Source of the DNA: an uncultured delta proteobacterium | Lineage (GTDB): Bacteria > Desulfobacterota > Syntrophia > Syntrophales > Smithellaceae | DNA: 64,000 nucleotides | Reading direction: 5' to 3' | Assembly (NCBI GenBank): GCA_963753975.1 | Contig: CAVWEH010000004.1 | Coordinates: 256,001 to 320,000 of the forward strand | Shown: in pieces, positions 1-9,739 of the stretch | Numbering within the stretch: position 1 is the first letter of the stretch | Layout of the letters: each line of letters begins with the position of its first letter | Program-made: the position numbers and the translations under genes | The notes under the pieces: generated by a model | What the model saw: the letters and a program-made list of their open reading frames with translations, nothing else | Told to the model about the DNA's origin: nothing | The model's database searches: none

Positions 1-1
1 C

Positions 2-289
2 CAAATCGATGTCAGAGAGAAGTTCAAGGAGAAGTTAGGAATTGACTTCAAGAAATACGTGATTCTAGGCGCATGCAATCCGCCCTATGCCCATCAAGCT
101 ATCCTCGCGGAAGAGGATATTGGACTCTTGCTGCCCTGCAATGTAATCTTGTACGAAAAAGACCACGAGACCGCGCTGGCAATCATCAGGCCAAAAGTGG
201 CGATGCAGATGGTTAAGAATAAGTCGTTGAGCAAGCTCGCGAACGAAGTAGAAAAGAAATTGGAGAAGGTATTTGATTCGATTGTTTAA
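2..289 (+). CDS. DUF302 domain protein (5'-truncated by window edge)
   Basis: Frame is open from base 2 (QIDVREKFKEKLGIDFKKYVILGACNP...LLLPCNV), typical DUF302 motifs. Confidence 0.85.
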   Translation, partial: QIDVREKFKEKLGIDFKKYVILGACNPPYAHQAILAEEDIGLLLPCNVILYEKDHETALAIIRPKVAMQMVKNKSLSKLANEVEKKLEKVFDSIV

Positions 290-304
290 AGGAGGGAAAG
301 ATTT

Positions 305-628
305 ATGAAACGATATTTGTTCATATCTTTAGTGTTCATCTGGGCGTTGTTGGTAATGAGTTGTGGCCAATATAACGGCCCTTACGGCCCCATGGGTGGT
401 GGATGGGGCCACATGATGAACTATGGTTACGGATACGGGGGAATGTTTATGTGGATATTGTTTATTATTGTCATTGGTGTTGTTGCCTATTTTATCGTTC
501 AAAGCATTGGAGCTAAAACGGCGGGCACGGCGCCGCACGAAACGCCTCTGGACATTTTGAAGAAGCGTTATGCCAAAGGAGAAATCACCAAAGAAGATTA
601 TGACAAGATGAAGAGTGATTTAAAATAA
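305..628 (+). CDS. SHOCT-domain membrane protein with Gly/Tyr/Met-rich N-terminus
   Basis: GGAGG RBS; TM helix; C-terminal PLDILKKRYAKGEITKEDYDKMK is a SHOCT motif. Confidence 0.85.
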   Translation: MKRYLFISLVFIWALLVMSCGQYNGPYGPMGGGWGHMMNYGYGYGGMFMWILFIIVIGVVAYFIVQSIGAKTAGTAPHETPLDILKKRYAKGEITKEDYDKMKSDLK

Positions 629-713
629 TAATGCGCACATGAATTATGGGTATATACGCTTCCCGAGCGTGAAACACTCTTTTTGATCTGATCTGACGCA
701 AGAGGAACGGACA

Positions 714-1343
714 ATGAAAGAACGAAGCCCGACAGAAGAGACACGAAATCGCTACAACCGGTTGTCCTCTTATTACGATATTTTGGAATCTTTTATGGAG
801 GGCTCTTTCGGCTTATGGAGAAAAAGCCTTCTCGCCTTGGCCAAAGGGAAGATTCTTGAGGTCGGAGTGGGGACCGGAAAGAATTTTCCTTACTATCCTC
901 CGGGAGCGGATGTCACCGGCATCGATCTTGCCGAGAAGATGCTTTCTCTTGCCCGGGCCAGAGCGGCGAAACTCAATCTTCCTTTCCATCTTCTCGAACA
1001 GGACATAGAGAAGCTAGATTTCCCCGACAATACGTTTGATACGGCGGTGGCAACCTTTGTGTTCTGCTCCGTACCGGACCCCGTCAGAGGTTTGCAGGAG
1101 CTGCGGCGTGTGGTCAAACCGACAGGCCGCATTCTTCTGCTCGAGCATGTCCGAATAGACAAGCCCGTCATCGGCTTTATCATGGATCGTTTGAATCCTC
1201 TCATCGTTCATCTGGTGGGCGCGAACATCAACAGAAGGACTATCGAGAATGTCGGGAAAGCCGGCTTGCTCATCGAGAGCCTGGAGCATTTAGGGCCAAT
1301 GAAAATGATCAAGAGAATCATTGCGAAGCCGGATAAGCTTTGA
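714..1343 (+). CDS. Class I SAM-dependent methyltransferase
   Basis: ILEVGVGTG SAM motif I; FDTAVATFVFCSVPDP. Confidence 0.9.
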   Translation: MKERSPTEETRNRYNRLSSYYDILESFMEGSFGLWRKSLLALAKGKILEVGVGTGKNFPYYPPGADVTGIDLAEKMLSLARARAAKLNLPFHLLEQDIEKLDFPDNTFDTAVATFVFCSVPDPVRGLQELRRVVKPTGRILLLEHVRIDKPVIGFIMDRLNPLIVHLVGANINRRTIENVGKAGLLIESLEHLGPMKMIKRIIAKPDKL

Positions 1344-1429
1344 TCTTTCTCTGCCGCAACCTTCAGCTTGCGCCGGGCGGCTGATGCCAAAGGCAGAACT
1401 CCTAAAACAAAAAACCGGCCTTCTGAAAT

Positions 1430-2587
1430 TTAGAGACAACTCTCCAGGATCTTTTGCATCATTTCCGGCGTGACATCTTTGTTTTCACCCAGGTTAATCA
1501 TGTCGTGCTCTTTGAGTTTCGTGAGTATCCGGTCAATGCAATCACTTTTTATGCCGTAGTCGCACAGACGGGTAGGCAATCCCATAGCCTCGAAAAATGC
1601 TCGCGTTTTATCTATCGCTTTCTCTATGCGCTCATCTTCCTCGCCGGAATCGATTCCCCATACTCGACTTCCATATTGCAGGAGTTTCTCCCGTTTCTGT
1701 CCGGCGCGGACTTGCAGCATCGCCGGAACCAGACACGCCAGAGTCTGCGCGTGATCCAATCCGTACAAGACCGTCAGTTCATATCCGCTCCGATGCGCCG
1801 CCCAGTCCTGCGGCACGCCCGCGCCCAGGAGGCCGTTGAGACCTAACGTAGCCCCCCACATGAGATTGGCGCGCACATCGTAATTTTCCGGCTCGGCAAG
1901 CGCCCGGGGGCCTTCTTCAATCAGCATTAAAAGCAATCCTTCGGCCAGGCGATCCTGCACTTTTCCGTTGACCGGATAGGTCAGATACTGTTCCAACACA
2001 TGAACAAAGGTATCGACAACGCCGTTGCCGATGAATCTTGCGGGCAGAGTAAAAGTTGTGGCGGGGTCAAGAACGGAAAATTTCGGAAACACAATATCAT
2101 TTAGTATTGCTTGTTTGATCTGCAACTCTTTACGGGAAATTACCGCGCGGTTATTCATTTCCGAACCGCTGGCCGGAAGAGTCACAACCGTGCCGATCGG
2201 CAACGACTGTTTTATGGCACTGCCGGCATCAGCCAGTAAAAGAGCCGGATCACCTTTAAAAGGAATAGCCGCGGCCATAAATTTTGTTCCGTCGATAACC
2301 GAGCCGCCGCCGATAGCCAGAAGAAAATCGATTTTCTTTTTTCGCGCCAGATCCATTCCCTTCATCAATGTTTCGAATTCGGGATTCGGTTCGATACCGC
2401 CGAATTCGGTCAGGTCATAACCATTCAGGACGGCTTTAACCTCATTCAGCAAGCCGTGGCGTTTTGCACTTCCTCCGCCGTAGGTGATCAGCACCTTGGA
2501 TTTTGCGGGAATCTCCCGCACGATAAACTTGATTGCTCCCTTGCCGAAAAAAATCTTTGTCGGATTATGAAATATAAAATCGAGCAT
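1430..2587 (-). CDS. Iron-containing alcohol dehydrogenase (YqhD/BdhA-like)
   Basis: NPTKIFFGKG, GIEPNP, AIGGGSVIDGTK, TLPASGSEMN motifs. Confidence 0.92.
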   Translation of the reverse strand: MLDFIFHNPTKIFFGKGAIKFIVREIPAKSKVLITYGGGSAKRHGLLNEVKAVLNGYDLTEFGGIEPNPEFETLMKGMDLARKKKIDFLLAIGGGSVIDGTKFMAAAIPFKGDPALLLADAGSAIKQSLPIGTVVTLPASGSEMNNRAVISRKELQIKQAILNDIVFPKFSVLDPATTFTLPARFIGNGVVDTFVHVLEQYLTYPVNGKVQDRLAEGLLLMLIEEGPRALAEPENYDVRANLMWGATLGLNGLLGAGVPQDWAAHRSGYELTVLYGLDHAQTLACLVPAMLQVRAGQKREKLLQYGSRVWGIDSGEEDERIEKAIDKTRAFFEAMGLPTRLCDYGIKSDCIDRILTKLKEHDMINLGENKDVTPEMMQKILESCL

Positions 2588-2653
2588 CTTTCCTCTTTTC
2601 CCTCGATGTGAACTGATAATTTAATGGAAATCACCCGGAATTGTCCAAAGATC

Positions 2654-2902
2654 TTAATGTCCGCAGGACGAACAATTCGATGAGGAGCACGAGGAGCAGC
2701 TGGAACTCGCGGAGGACCCGGCGCGGCTGGAACCGCCTGAACCCACCGAGGCATATTTCCCACGTCCGACTTTGGACATCACTTTGCTTACCTTTTTGGA
2801 CTTACATTTCGGGCATGCGGCATTGGGTTTTTCACTCATGCTCATGGTGACAACTTCAAATTGTTTTTTGCACTTAGCGCACTGATATTCGTAAATTGGC
2901 AT
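2654..2902 (-). CDS. FmdB-family zinc ribbon protein
   Basis: MPIYEYQCAKC...CPKC; Cys/Ser-rich tail. Confidence 0.9.
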   Translation of the reverse strand: MPIYEYQCAKCKKQFEVVTMSMSEKPNAACPKCKSKKVSKVMSKVGRGKYASVGSGGSSRAGSSASSSCSSCSSSNCSSCGH

Positions 2903-3086
2903 ATTTTATTTTCCTGATCTTTTTGTTTTAATCTAGAGACTAATGAGGAAAATGTCAATATTCATGTGACAACATATTCTGCAGGGTGGCGGCTTTATTC
3001 GGAGGCGATAAAAATATACCCTTGACAAACAAGATATGAATAAATAATTTTGTTTTAATATCGAATATCGAGAAAGGAGAAAAACT

Positions 3087-3716
3087 ATGTATCGCTTAAA
3101 TCTTTTCGTTTTCGTTGTTTTTTTTACATTAATCGTAGCGGGAATCATGCCGCAGGCGGCTATTGCCGTTTCAGAATCACAATCCTCAATCGAACAGACT
3201 TTTCAGAAAGCGAAAAAGGACTACCTGGATAAAAACTTGAAATCCGCAGCTGAACAGATTCAAAAGGCCTCGGACTACATGAAAGCCGAAGCCGAAAAAG
3301 CTTCCGCGACGGGAAAAGAGGCGCTGACGGCATCGGCTCATGAATTGAACAAATTGTCTGATGATGTAAAGAAAGGAGCGGTAAAATCTGTAAAAGGACT
3401 TGATGATGCTTTCGCCCGCGCCTATCATGCTATGGCAGCCGATGCCCATGCCAAATCAATGAAAGCATGGGCTGAGAAACAGTCCGTAAAAGCCGGCGAT
3501 GCCCTTGATTCGGCCACTAAGGATTTGAAGCACGGCTTGGCCTGGACCGGTCAAAAAATCGAAAAAGGCACGAAAGAAGTCATAAGAAAGTCTGAAGAGC
3601 TAGCGCTGAAATTGAAGAAGAAGAGCTCCGTGGTGGCGGAAGACGTCGGGAAAGGACTCCAAAAAACGGGAGATGAAATCGAGAAATTCGGAAAAAGAGT
3701 TTCACCCAAGGAATAG
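3087..3716 (+). CDS. Hypothetical secreted helical protein
   Basis: AAGGAG RBS, signal peptide, 209-aa Ala/Lys-rich ORF. Confidence 0.75.
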   Translation: MYRLNLFVFVVFFTLIVAGIMPQAAIAVSESQSSIEQTFQKAKKDYLDKNLKSAAEQIQKASDYMKAEAEKASATGKEALTASAHELNKLSDDVKKGAVKSVKGLDDAFARAYHAMAADAHAKSMKAWAEKQSVKAGDALDSATKDLKHGLAWTGQKIEKGTKEVIRKSEELALKLKKKSSVVAEDVGKGLQKTGDEIEKFGKRVSPKE

Positions 3717-3978
3717 CAAAATTGTTCTAAGCGATAAACCGTAAGTTCACGGCAACTATTGGGATCAAAGTTCCGAAGGCTTCTCGACATGCTCAGTACC
3801 TGGCTTTTGCAATAAAAAGGCCAGGTGCAATGGTCATTTATTCCTCCCATTCCACTTACTATTTACCATCATTGCCTTTAGTGACGCATTCTTCCATTAT
3901 TGCTTCCATGGTACTGCAAATTAAGGGGCTTCTCCCGGAGTCATGGGTCGCAGCCTGCAATACCAAAAGGAGGAAGGC

Positions 3979-4365
3979 ATGAAAGAAGATATAAAATGCG
4001 AAGATGTGGACAAAGTGAAACCGTTGGATAGACTTCTTGATGACCAGATTAAGGAGTTTGAAAGTGGAAAAGATAAGCAGTGCGACAAGGACCTGGACAC
4101 GATGATGTGGGAACTTGGCGATTACGAAAACGAAGAGCCGAAGATGGCAGCCACGGAATTCGAGGAAGAAAAGCCGATAGAAGAGCAACTTGTCGAGAAA
4201 AGAATGATCTTGGGCAGTAATGGCAAGCCTCGTTTCGTGGAAGGCGCATCGGAACAAGAAGAAACTGGTGAGGAGGTCACTGTCGCCCACTCAATCGGTT
4301 CAGGGACGAGGCAAAGAGGGGCCAAGGCTTTCCGTGACAACTCTTCGCGCAAAAAGAAGAAATGA
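3979..4365 (+). CDS. Hypothetical acidic protein
   Basis: Strong AGGAGG RBS before ATG at 3979; no recognisable domain. Confidence 0.45.
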   Translation: MKEDIKCEDVDKVKPLDRLLDDQIKEFESGKDKQCDKDLDTMMWELGDYENEEPKMAATEFEEEKPIEEQLVEKRMILGSNGKPRFVEGASEQEETGEEVTVAHSIGSGTRQRGAKAFRDNSSRKKKK

Positions 4366-4477
4366 TGGTCAGCGCAGGTTCGTCGATTGCAATTGTCAAG
4401 AAAATAATTTGACGCCCAAATGGTCAAAGGCAGACCTGACCCCTTCTGACCCCTTCTCCGTCCGCTTCTCCATCTTT

Positions 4478-4973
4478 TTATTTGCGCGTTTGCGACCGCA
4501 GGTACTGAATAAAGCTCTTATGGGGAGGCGCAACATCCATTTGCCATAACAGCGCTATAAGTTCTCCCCGATGATGCGTTTCTTCCTGGAAGAAGTCGAG
4601 CAATACATCCTCAACTGTCACAAGGAATGTCGAGCCGTCCCTAAGCTTTCTCTCAACTTTTCTCGCCAGTTCTTTCGGCGTGACTTTGCCGAGATACGCG
4701 TTGGCTTTGGATTCCACCTGTTCCAGATAATTCGTGATTTTCGCGATGCTGTCATATTCATTATAGTTGACGCTCGGATAATTGGGATTGCCTTGCAGTA
4801 CATAATTAATAATAGGCATCCACCACAAAGACGATATGCACGTAGATGTCTCTCAGGGACGGGAAACTGGCGCCTCGATCCTTGACAACTTCCTCCCAGG
4901 GGAGCTTGCTTAAGCTTTCCAGATATTTGTGCCTTAAAAATTGACTATACTCCAACAGTTGTAATGTCTTCAT
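4478..4973 (-). pseudogene. DinB-family protein, frameshifted near 4810
   Basis: N-part MKTLQLLEY...SLRDIYVHIVFVVDAY and C-part INYVLQG...EETHHRGELIALLWQM join if one base is removed (GCC TAT T ATT AAT); HHRG motif. Confidence 0.8.
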
Positions 4974-5001
4974 CGTTTCCTCCCGTTTGAGCTCTTTCAT
5001 T

Positions 5002-5418
5002 TCACAGTTTGAATTTCTCTTTAAAGTATGTGTCGCGGACTTTTTTTGCCTTCTTTTGGGCCCATGCATCAACACCCATTTTCTTCATCAGGCAAAGATT
5101 GAAGACTTTTGTGTTGTGCGGCCGCATAGATGCTTGATCGGCGTAAGGGTGCAGAAAGTCGCACGGAAAATCGGCGCATTCAAAACAAAAATTTAAACCC
5201 TTCTTTTCAATACATTTATATACGTTGCATGCCTCAACGAGAGAATGTGCCGAACACATACCTTTTTGATTTCTGCAACCGTCGCAAATCGCATCTTCAA
5301 AGGTCAGATTCATGTTTTTGGCGATCCTGCTTCTCAATTCGTCATTGTCTCTCGCTGCATACATCGCGCAGTTGAAACAATCTATCCCGCAAGGCGCGGT
5401 CATTTGCCGATAATCCAT
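5002..5418 (-). CDS. DUF3795 domain Cys-rich protein
   Basis: APCGIDCFNC, CDGCR, FCFECADFPC pattern. Confidence 0.88.
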   Translation of the reverse strand: MDYRQMTAPCGIDCFNCAMYAARDNDELRSRIAKNMNLTFEDAICDGCRNQKGMCSAHSLVEACNVYKCIEKKGLNFCFECADFPCDFLHPYADQASMRPHNTKVFNLCLMKKMGVDAWAQKKAKKVRDTYFKEKFKL

Positions 5419-5504
5419 TGTATTTTCCTTTCGCTTATTTTACTTTATCGTAAAATTGAGATTTCAAGACCTGACCCTAGCCTCCTGTAGAAGTCGTGCG
5501 CAGA

Positions 5505-6035
5505 CTATCTCCGCTTATACAAACCGATAATCTGGCCTTGGGCAAGGATATGTCCCTTCATGGCATTTTCCAAGTCTGCCTTATTCGAATTCGGGCTGAT
5601 GCCGAACATGTTATCCAGGGCATATACCTTAAAGAAGTAGCGGTGGGTGCCGGAAGGCGGACATGGTCCCCCATATGAGTGTTTTCCAAAGTCGTTCATA
5701 CCCTCGATAGCCCCTTGTGGAATTGTATTCTCTTTGATCTCTTTCACATCAGGGGCGATGTTCCAGATCACCCAGTGGACCCAGATCCCCACTGGTGCAT
5801 CAGGGTCATCAACAATCATAGCAATGGATTTTGTCGCCTGGGGGCAATTTTCAATCAGGAGAGGCGGATTAATATCCTCGCCATCACAGGTATACTTGCC
5901 GGTGATATGGCCATTATTCTGAAAAGCCTGACTCGTTATCTTTAACGTATCCATTGCACTCACCTCCTTTGTAAGTGATGCAGAAAAAAGGAAAGCTAAA
6001 ATCATTAATGGTATTATTATTACTTTGCCGCCCAT
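5505..6035 (-). CDS. YbhB/YbcL (PEBP, Raf kinase inhibitor-like) protein
   Basis: DDPDAP, WVHWVIWNI, YGGPCPPSGTHRYFF. Confidence 0.93.
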   Translation of the reverse strand: MGGKVIIIPLMILAFLFSASLTKEVSAMDTLKITSQAFQNNGHITGKYTCDGEDINPPLLIENCPQATKSIAMIVDDPDAPVGIWVHWVIWNIAPDVKEIKENTIPQGAIEGMNDFGKHSYGGPCPPSGTHRYFFKVYALDNMFGISPNSNKADLENAMKGHILAQGQIIGLYKRR

Positions 6036-6103
6036 TTCTCCCTCCTTTTTACATTAGTTATTAGAAAAAACGTGCGACTTTACCGACGCAAGCCTAAACA
6101 TCA

Positions 6104-6655
6104 TTACAGTCCCAAATCTCCGGCTACTCCCTTCATCGCTTCCAAGCCAAGCTCGATAAAGTCATCCAATTCCAAACCGATATCACTGCATTTTGCTATC
6201 TGCGCCCGGTTCGCACCCGCCGCAAAGCGCTCTTCTTTGAACCGCTTGCGAATGGATTTGGCTTCCACGGAGGCGAGCTTTTTATCGGGACGAATTAGCG
6301 CTCCGGCAGTGATGAGCCCGGTCAAAGGATCGGCACAAAAGAGGGCTTTATCCATCAGTGATACGCAGGGCTCTCCGTGCGCTTCGTTGTGGACAAGAAT
6401 GGCATGGCAGACCGTCTCACCCGCACCCAACTGTTTTGCTATTTGGGCCCCGGACTTGCTGTGGACTTTCAAATCGGCATGGGTCAGCTCGACATCGATA
6501 TCGTGAAGCAAACCCACGAGCCCCCACTCATCTTCATTTTCCTTGAACCGCCGGGCAAGCGCGCGCATAATGGCTTCCGTAGCCAGCATATGCTTGATCA
6601 GATTCTCATTCTTCACATTTTCTCGGATGGCTTTGAGCGCCGTTTCCCGATCCAT
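6104..6655 (-). CDS. HD/HDIG-domain phosphohydrolase
   Basis: NLIKHMLA, GLLHDID, FAAGANR. Confidence 0.88.
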   Translation of the reverse strand: MDRETALKAIRENVKNENLIKHMLATEAIMRALARRFKENEDEWGLVGLLHDIDVELTHADLKVHSKSGAQIAKQLGAGETVCHAILVHNEAHGEPCVSLMDKALFCADPLTGLITAGALIRPDKKLASVEAKSIRKRFKEERFAAGANRAQIAKCSDIGLELDDFIELGLEAMKGVAGDLGL

Positions 6656-6807
6656 AAGCTCCTCATTGAATATAACCGCCTCGGAAGGCTCGGCGGATTG
6701 AATTATGAAACACCGTTTGATGAGCGCAAAAAAATTATCAATTTAGCGAGCTAGTATGATTGTATTTTTTTATTCTCTGTGACAGTAAAATGTCAAGAGT
6801 AAAGATT

Positions 6808-7314
6808 TTATTTCGTGATTTTAATTTCTCGCAACCACGCGGATACTTTGTTTTGCGCGGTTTTCACAACGCTACCGCGAATAGCAGCACCATTCAGCAA
6901 GGTCGATTTTGGGCAAAGTTTCGCGATATCCGTAGCGCTTCCTCCCAGAGAGCTTCCTTCGTGCGTGCAAAACGGTGCGATGGTCTTTCCCGAAAAATCG
7001 TATTCCGATAAAAAGGTTTTGACCGGAGCGGGAAACGTGCCCCACCAAACAGGGTAGCCTAGGAAAACCAAATCATACGATTTGATATTCTCAATTTTTG
7101 TTTTCAATGCCGGTTTGTAGCCGGAATCCAGTTCCTGCCTTGCTTGTTCTACAACCGCATCGTATTCATGAGGATACGGCTTTACGGCCTGAATTTCAAA
7201 AATATCGCCACCAACAATTTTGTGAATTTGATTGGCAATTTCGCGAGTGTTGCCACTGTGAGAAAAATAAGCCACCAGAATCATTTTTCCCTCCATCAAT
7301 TTATTGCTGATCAA
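6808..7314 (-). CDS. Flavodoxin
   Basis: LVAYFSHSGNT, GYPVWWG, PFCTHEGS; start may be a few codons downstream. Confidence 0.9.
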   Translation of the reverse strand: MISNKLMEGKMILVAYFSHSGNTREIANQIHKIVGGDIFEIQAVKPYPHEYDAVVEQARQELDSGYKPALKTKIENIKSYDLVFLGYPVWWGTFPAPVKTFLSEYDFSGKTIAPFCTHEGSSLGGSATDIAKLCPKSTLLNGAAIRGSVVKTAQNKVSAWLREIKITK

Positions 7315-7624
7315 TTACTTTTTTCAAGTGGTTAAAGGCCGAGGCTGCAGTGGGCCACCCGGCGTAAAATGCAATATGCGTAATCGCCGCTACAAGTTCT
7401 TCCTTCGTGAGGCCGTTTTCCAAAGCCTTTTTAAGATGAAACTCGACTTGCTCAATACGATTCAGCGCAACCAGGCATGTGACAGTAATTAAGCTTTTAT
7501 CGCGCTGCGAGAGTCCGGGACGTTTCCAAATATCACCGAAAAGAAAGTCTTGTGTAAGTTTCGCAAATTCCGGTGCTACAGCCTTTAAGTCATCTATCGC
7601 TTTTTGTTCGTTACTGTTTGCCAT
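7301..7624 (-). CDS. Carboxymuconolactone decarboxylase family protein
   Basis: LFGDIWKRPGLSQRDKSLIT, HIAFYAGWP. Confidence 0.9.
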   Translation of the reverse strand: MANSNEQKAIDDLKAVAPEFAKLTQDFLFGDIWKRPGLSQRDKSLITVTCLVALNRIEQVEFHLKKALENGLTKEELVAAITHIAFYAGWPTAASAFNHLKKVIDQQ

Positions 7625-7688
7625 ATGTATCTCCTTTCTTAGTTGTTAAAGACTGTGATTCCTTTACCACGTCGCTTTGCTCCTGGTG

Positions 7689-7742
7689 TAGTTCGTCCTA
7701 CAAATTTCAGCGCGCTACGCTTCTGAAACTTGGGGCTCACTA
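7689..7742. repeat. Single copy of hairpin module B of the dispersed repeat family
   Basis: tagttcgtccta-caaatttcag-cgcgctacgctt-ctgaaacttg-gggctcacta. Confidence 0.7.
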
Positions 7743-7862
7743 TCAGAGACCGGTCATTTGCTCCAGCTTTTCGGGGTACCGGGCTCCTTGCACCGTGATC
7801 TTCCAGAAGGCGCTTTCAATGTCACGGAGGTCGTCAGAGGTAAGTTTGACGGCGACTGCTCC
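7743..7862 (-). pseudogene. C-terminal remnant of an aldo/keto reductase
   Basis: Translates GAVAVKLTSDDLRDIESAFWKITVQGARYPEKLEQMTGL*, a typical AKR C-terminus; no upstream part. Confidence 0.7.
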
Positions 7863-9404
7863 TTATTTTTTCGCCGTCGGCGGAAAGCTTTGATAGGATA
7901 CATCCACCGGCGGCATTTTCACGCAATCCTGAATTCGGGGAAGTTTGCCGTAAATGGGGTTCTCCTGCCATCCGTCCATATGCGCGGCACGCCTTGCCGC
8001 CGCCTGAAACTTTTTCCAGTCAGCACTGCCGTAAAGGAACATCTCCTGTGCGGCAATCGAGCCTTCGCCGTGAATGGTGTCCACCTGCCAGTGATTGCCG
8101 GTGATGTCCTTGATCAGCCGCAAAATGCGCAGCCGTTCCTCGGTGGGCACACCGTCTTTGGCCGCCAGATATTTTTCAATGAACGGTTGAATCTCCGGAT
8201 TTTTCCAGTCGCGATAGGCCGGCACGGTAGTGGTCAGTCCGCCGCCGATGTCCTGCATGTGCTGGCACATCGTGTGGAAGTTGCTCGCGTAGGTCCACTT
8301 CGAAGCATTGATCGCCATCCGGTTGGGCATCATTACATCCATGCCGAATTCCGTTTGCGGGTCCAGGCAGGCCTGCTTGGCCAACATCTGCACCGTTTCC
8401 GTGATATAGGCCATCCAGGCCAGCTTTTTGCGCACATGCGGAACATTTTGAACGCCGTTGTATTCGGCAATGAGGCTCGCCGCCCCGGTCATCTTTTCCA
8501 GCATACCCGTCATCTTGCAGGTGCCGAACAAGCGATGGTAGCTCGCAAAGGCGTAAGCCAGAATCTGCGAGAACTGCCATTCTCCGCACATGAAGACTCG
8601 TTCCCAGGGGATGAACACATCGTCAAAGATGATGAGCGATTCCGAAGGTTGAAGATGCTGTGATACCGGATAGTCGAATTCCCCTTCGTCGTCGTAGAGG
8701 CGCGTGTTGGGTTCCGCACCCAGAAGCTTCACGCCCTTTGCGTTAACGGGCACGGCAAAACCCAGAGCATAATCCTTATCGGCTTCACCATGGGTCCGGC
8801 AGGGCAGACACAACAGTTCATTGGCGCAGGGCGAGGCGCTGATATGAACCTTGGCGCCCCGGACGACGATGCCGTCCTTTCGTTTCTCCACGACTCTCAA
8901 ATAAAAATCTTTGTGCTGTTTCTGCTGCGAGGGGTGAAGGCTGCGGTCGCCTTTTACGTCGGTAATCGCCCCGGTGAGGGCCAGGTCGTTCTTCTGGAGA
9001 TAGCGGCGGTAATTTTCGACGCGTTCCATGTAGTGGGTGCCCAGCTTTTTGTCCATCACCTCCGCGGCCACACTGAAAGCGGCCAGAGCGTCCGCGCCCA
9101 TGCAGTGCACCAGCACGCCGCCGCCCGCCCGCATGCCCACCATGTAGCATTCGCGCCTGCGCAGCATATCCTCCGGCGTTTTGGGAGAGGTGAGCAGAAA
9201 ATTGATATCCTCGCCGTCTTTGTCCTTGGTGACGAAAAGATGACGGTAGTCAGGGAGGTTCGGCAAAACGTAATCCATCGCGGCCATTTCCACGATGGTG
9301 CTGACCGTGGGATGCGTCCGGACATCGGCCACTTTTTCACCCAGACACCAGACTTCCCGGCCGTCATTCAAACTTTCCAGATACTGTTCGACTGTTTTAA
9401 TCAT
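7863..9404 (-). CDS. 4-hydroxybutyryl-CoA dehydratase / 4-hydroxyphenylacetate 3-hydroxylase family flavoprotein
   Basis: GAITDVKGDRS, DGIVVRGAKVHIS, FDDVFIPWERVFMCGE, HGEGS. Confidence 0.88.
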   Translation of the reverse strand: MIKTVEQYLESLNDGREVWCLGEKVADVRTHPTVSTIVEMAAMDYVLPNLPDYRHLFVTKDKDGEDINFLLTSPKTPEDMLRRRECYMVGMRAGGGVLVHCMGADALAAFSVAAEVMDKKLGTHYMERVENYRRYLQKNDLALTGAITDVKGDRSLHPSQQKQHKDFYLRVVEKRKDGIVVRGAKVHISASPCANELLCLPCRTHGEADKDYALGFAVPVNAKGVKLLGAEPNTRLYDDEGEFDYPVSQHLQPSESLIIFDDVFIPWERVFMCGEWQFSQILAYAFASYHRLFGTCKMTGMLEKMTGAASLIAEYNGVQNVPHVRKKLAWMAYITETVQMLAKQACLDPQTEFGMDVMMPNRMAINASKWTYASNFHTMCQHMQDIGGGLTTTVPAYRDWKNPEIQPFIEKYLAAKDGVPTEERLRILRLIKDITGNHWQVDTIHGEGSIAAQEMFLYGSADWKKFQAAARRAAHMDGWQENPIYGKLPRIQDCVKMPPVDVSYQSFPPTAKK

Positions 9405-9440
9405 GATATTCTTTCCTTTTTATATTGATTGTATGGTTAG

Positions 9441-9582
9441 TTATTTTGATTATTCTGCAATTAGTCTAGAAAAAATAGAACCGTCACCTATTAATTTCCT
9501 TGTCTGTTATCTGTTTCGCCTACTAAGTTTCAGTTTTACGTGGCTCATAAAATTGAAGATTACTGGTTGTAAGGTGCTAACA
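9441..9582. repeat. Dispersed repeat R1 copy 1 (imperfect palindrome plus attached gene 3' remnant)
   Basis: ttttgattattctgcaattagtctagaaaaaatagaaccgtcacc...tctgttatctgtttcgccta matches 11017-11163 and 14762-14822. Confidence 0.75.
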
Positions 9583-9739
9583 TTTAATATACGAACTTCA
9601 CTTTCCCCTTCCCCGATGATTTGAATATCGTAAAAGAAACTATTCTACCCGTTTTCTACAATTGTATTTCCCAGTGGAGCCCCCTCCGGTCGCAGATGAC
9701 CTTTAGATTACCAGAGCCGGGGGATTGCAAGTAGCGGGA

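Noticed and set aside
7758..9428. Long plus-strand ORFs (301 and 212 aa)
   Set aside because: Antisense shadows of the GC-rich dehydratase gene
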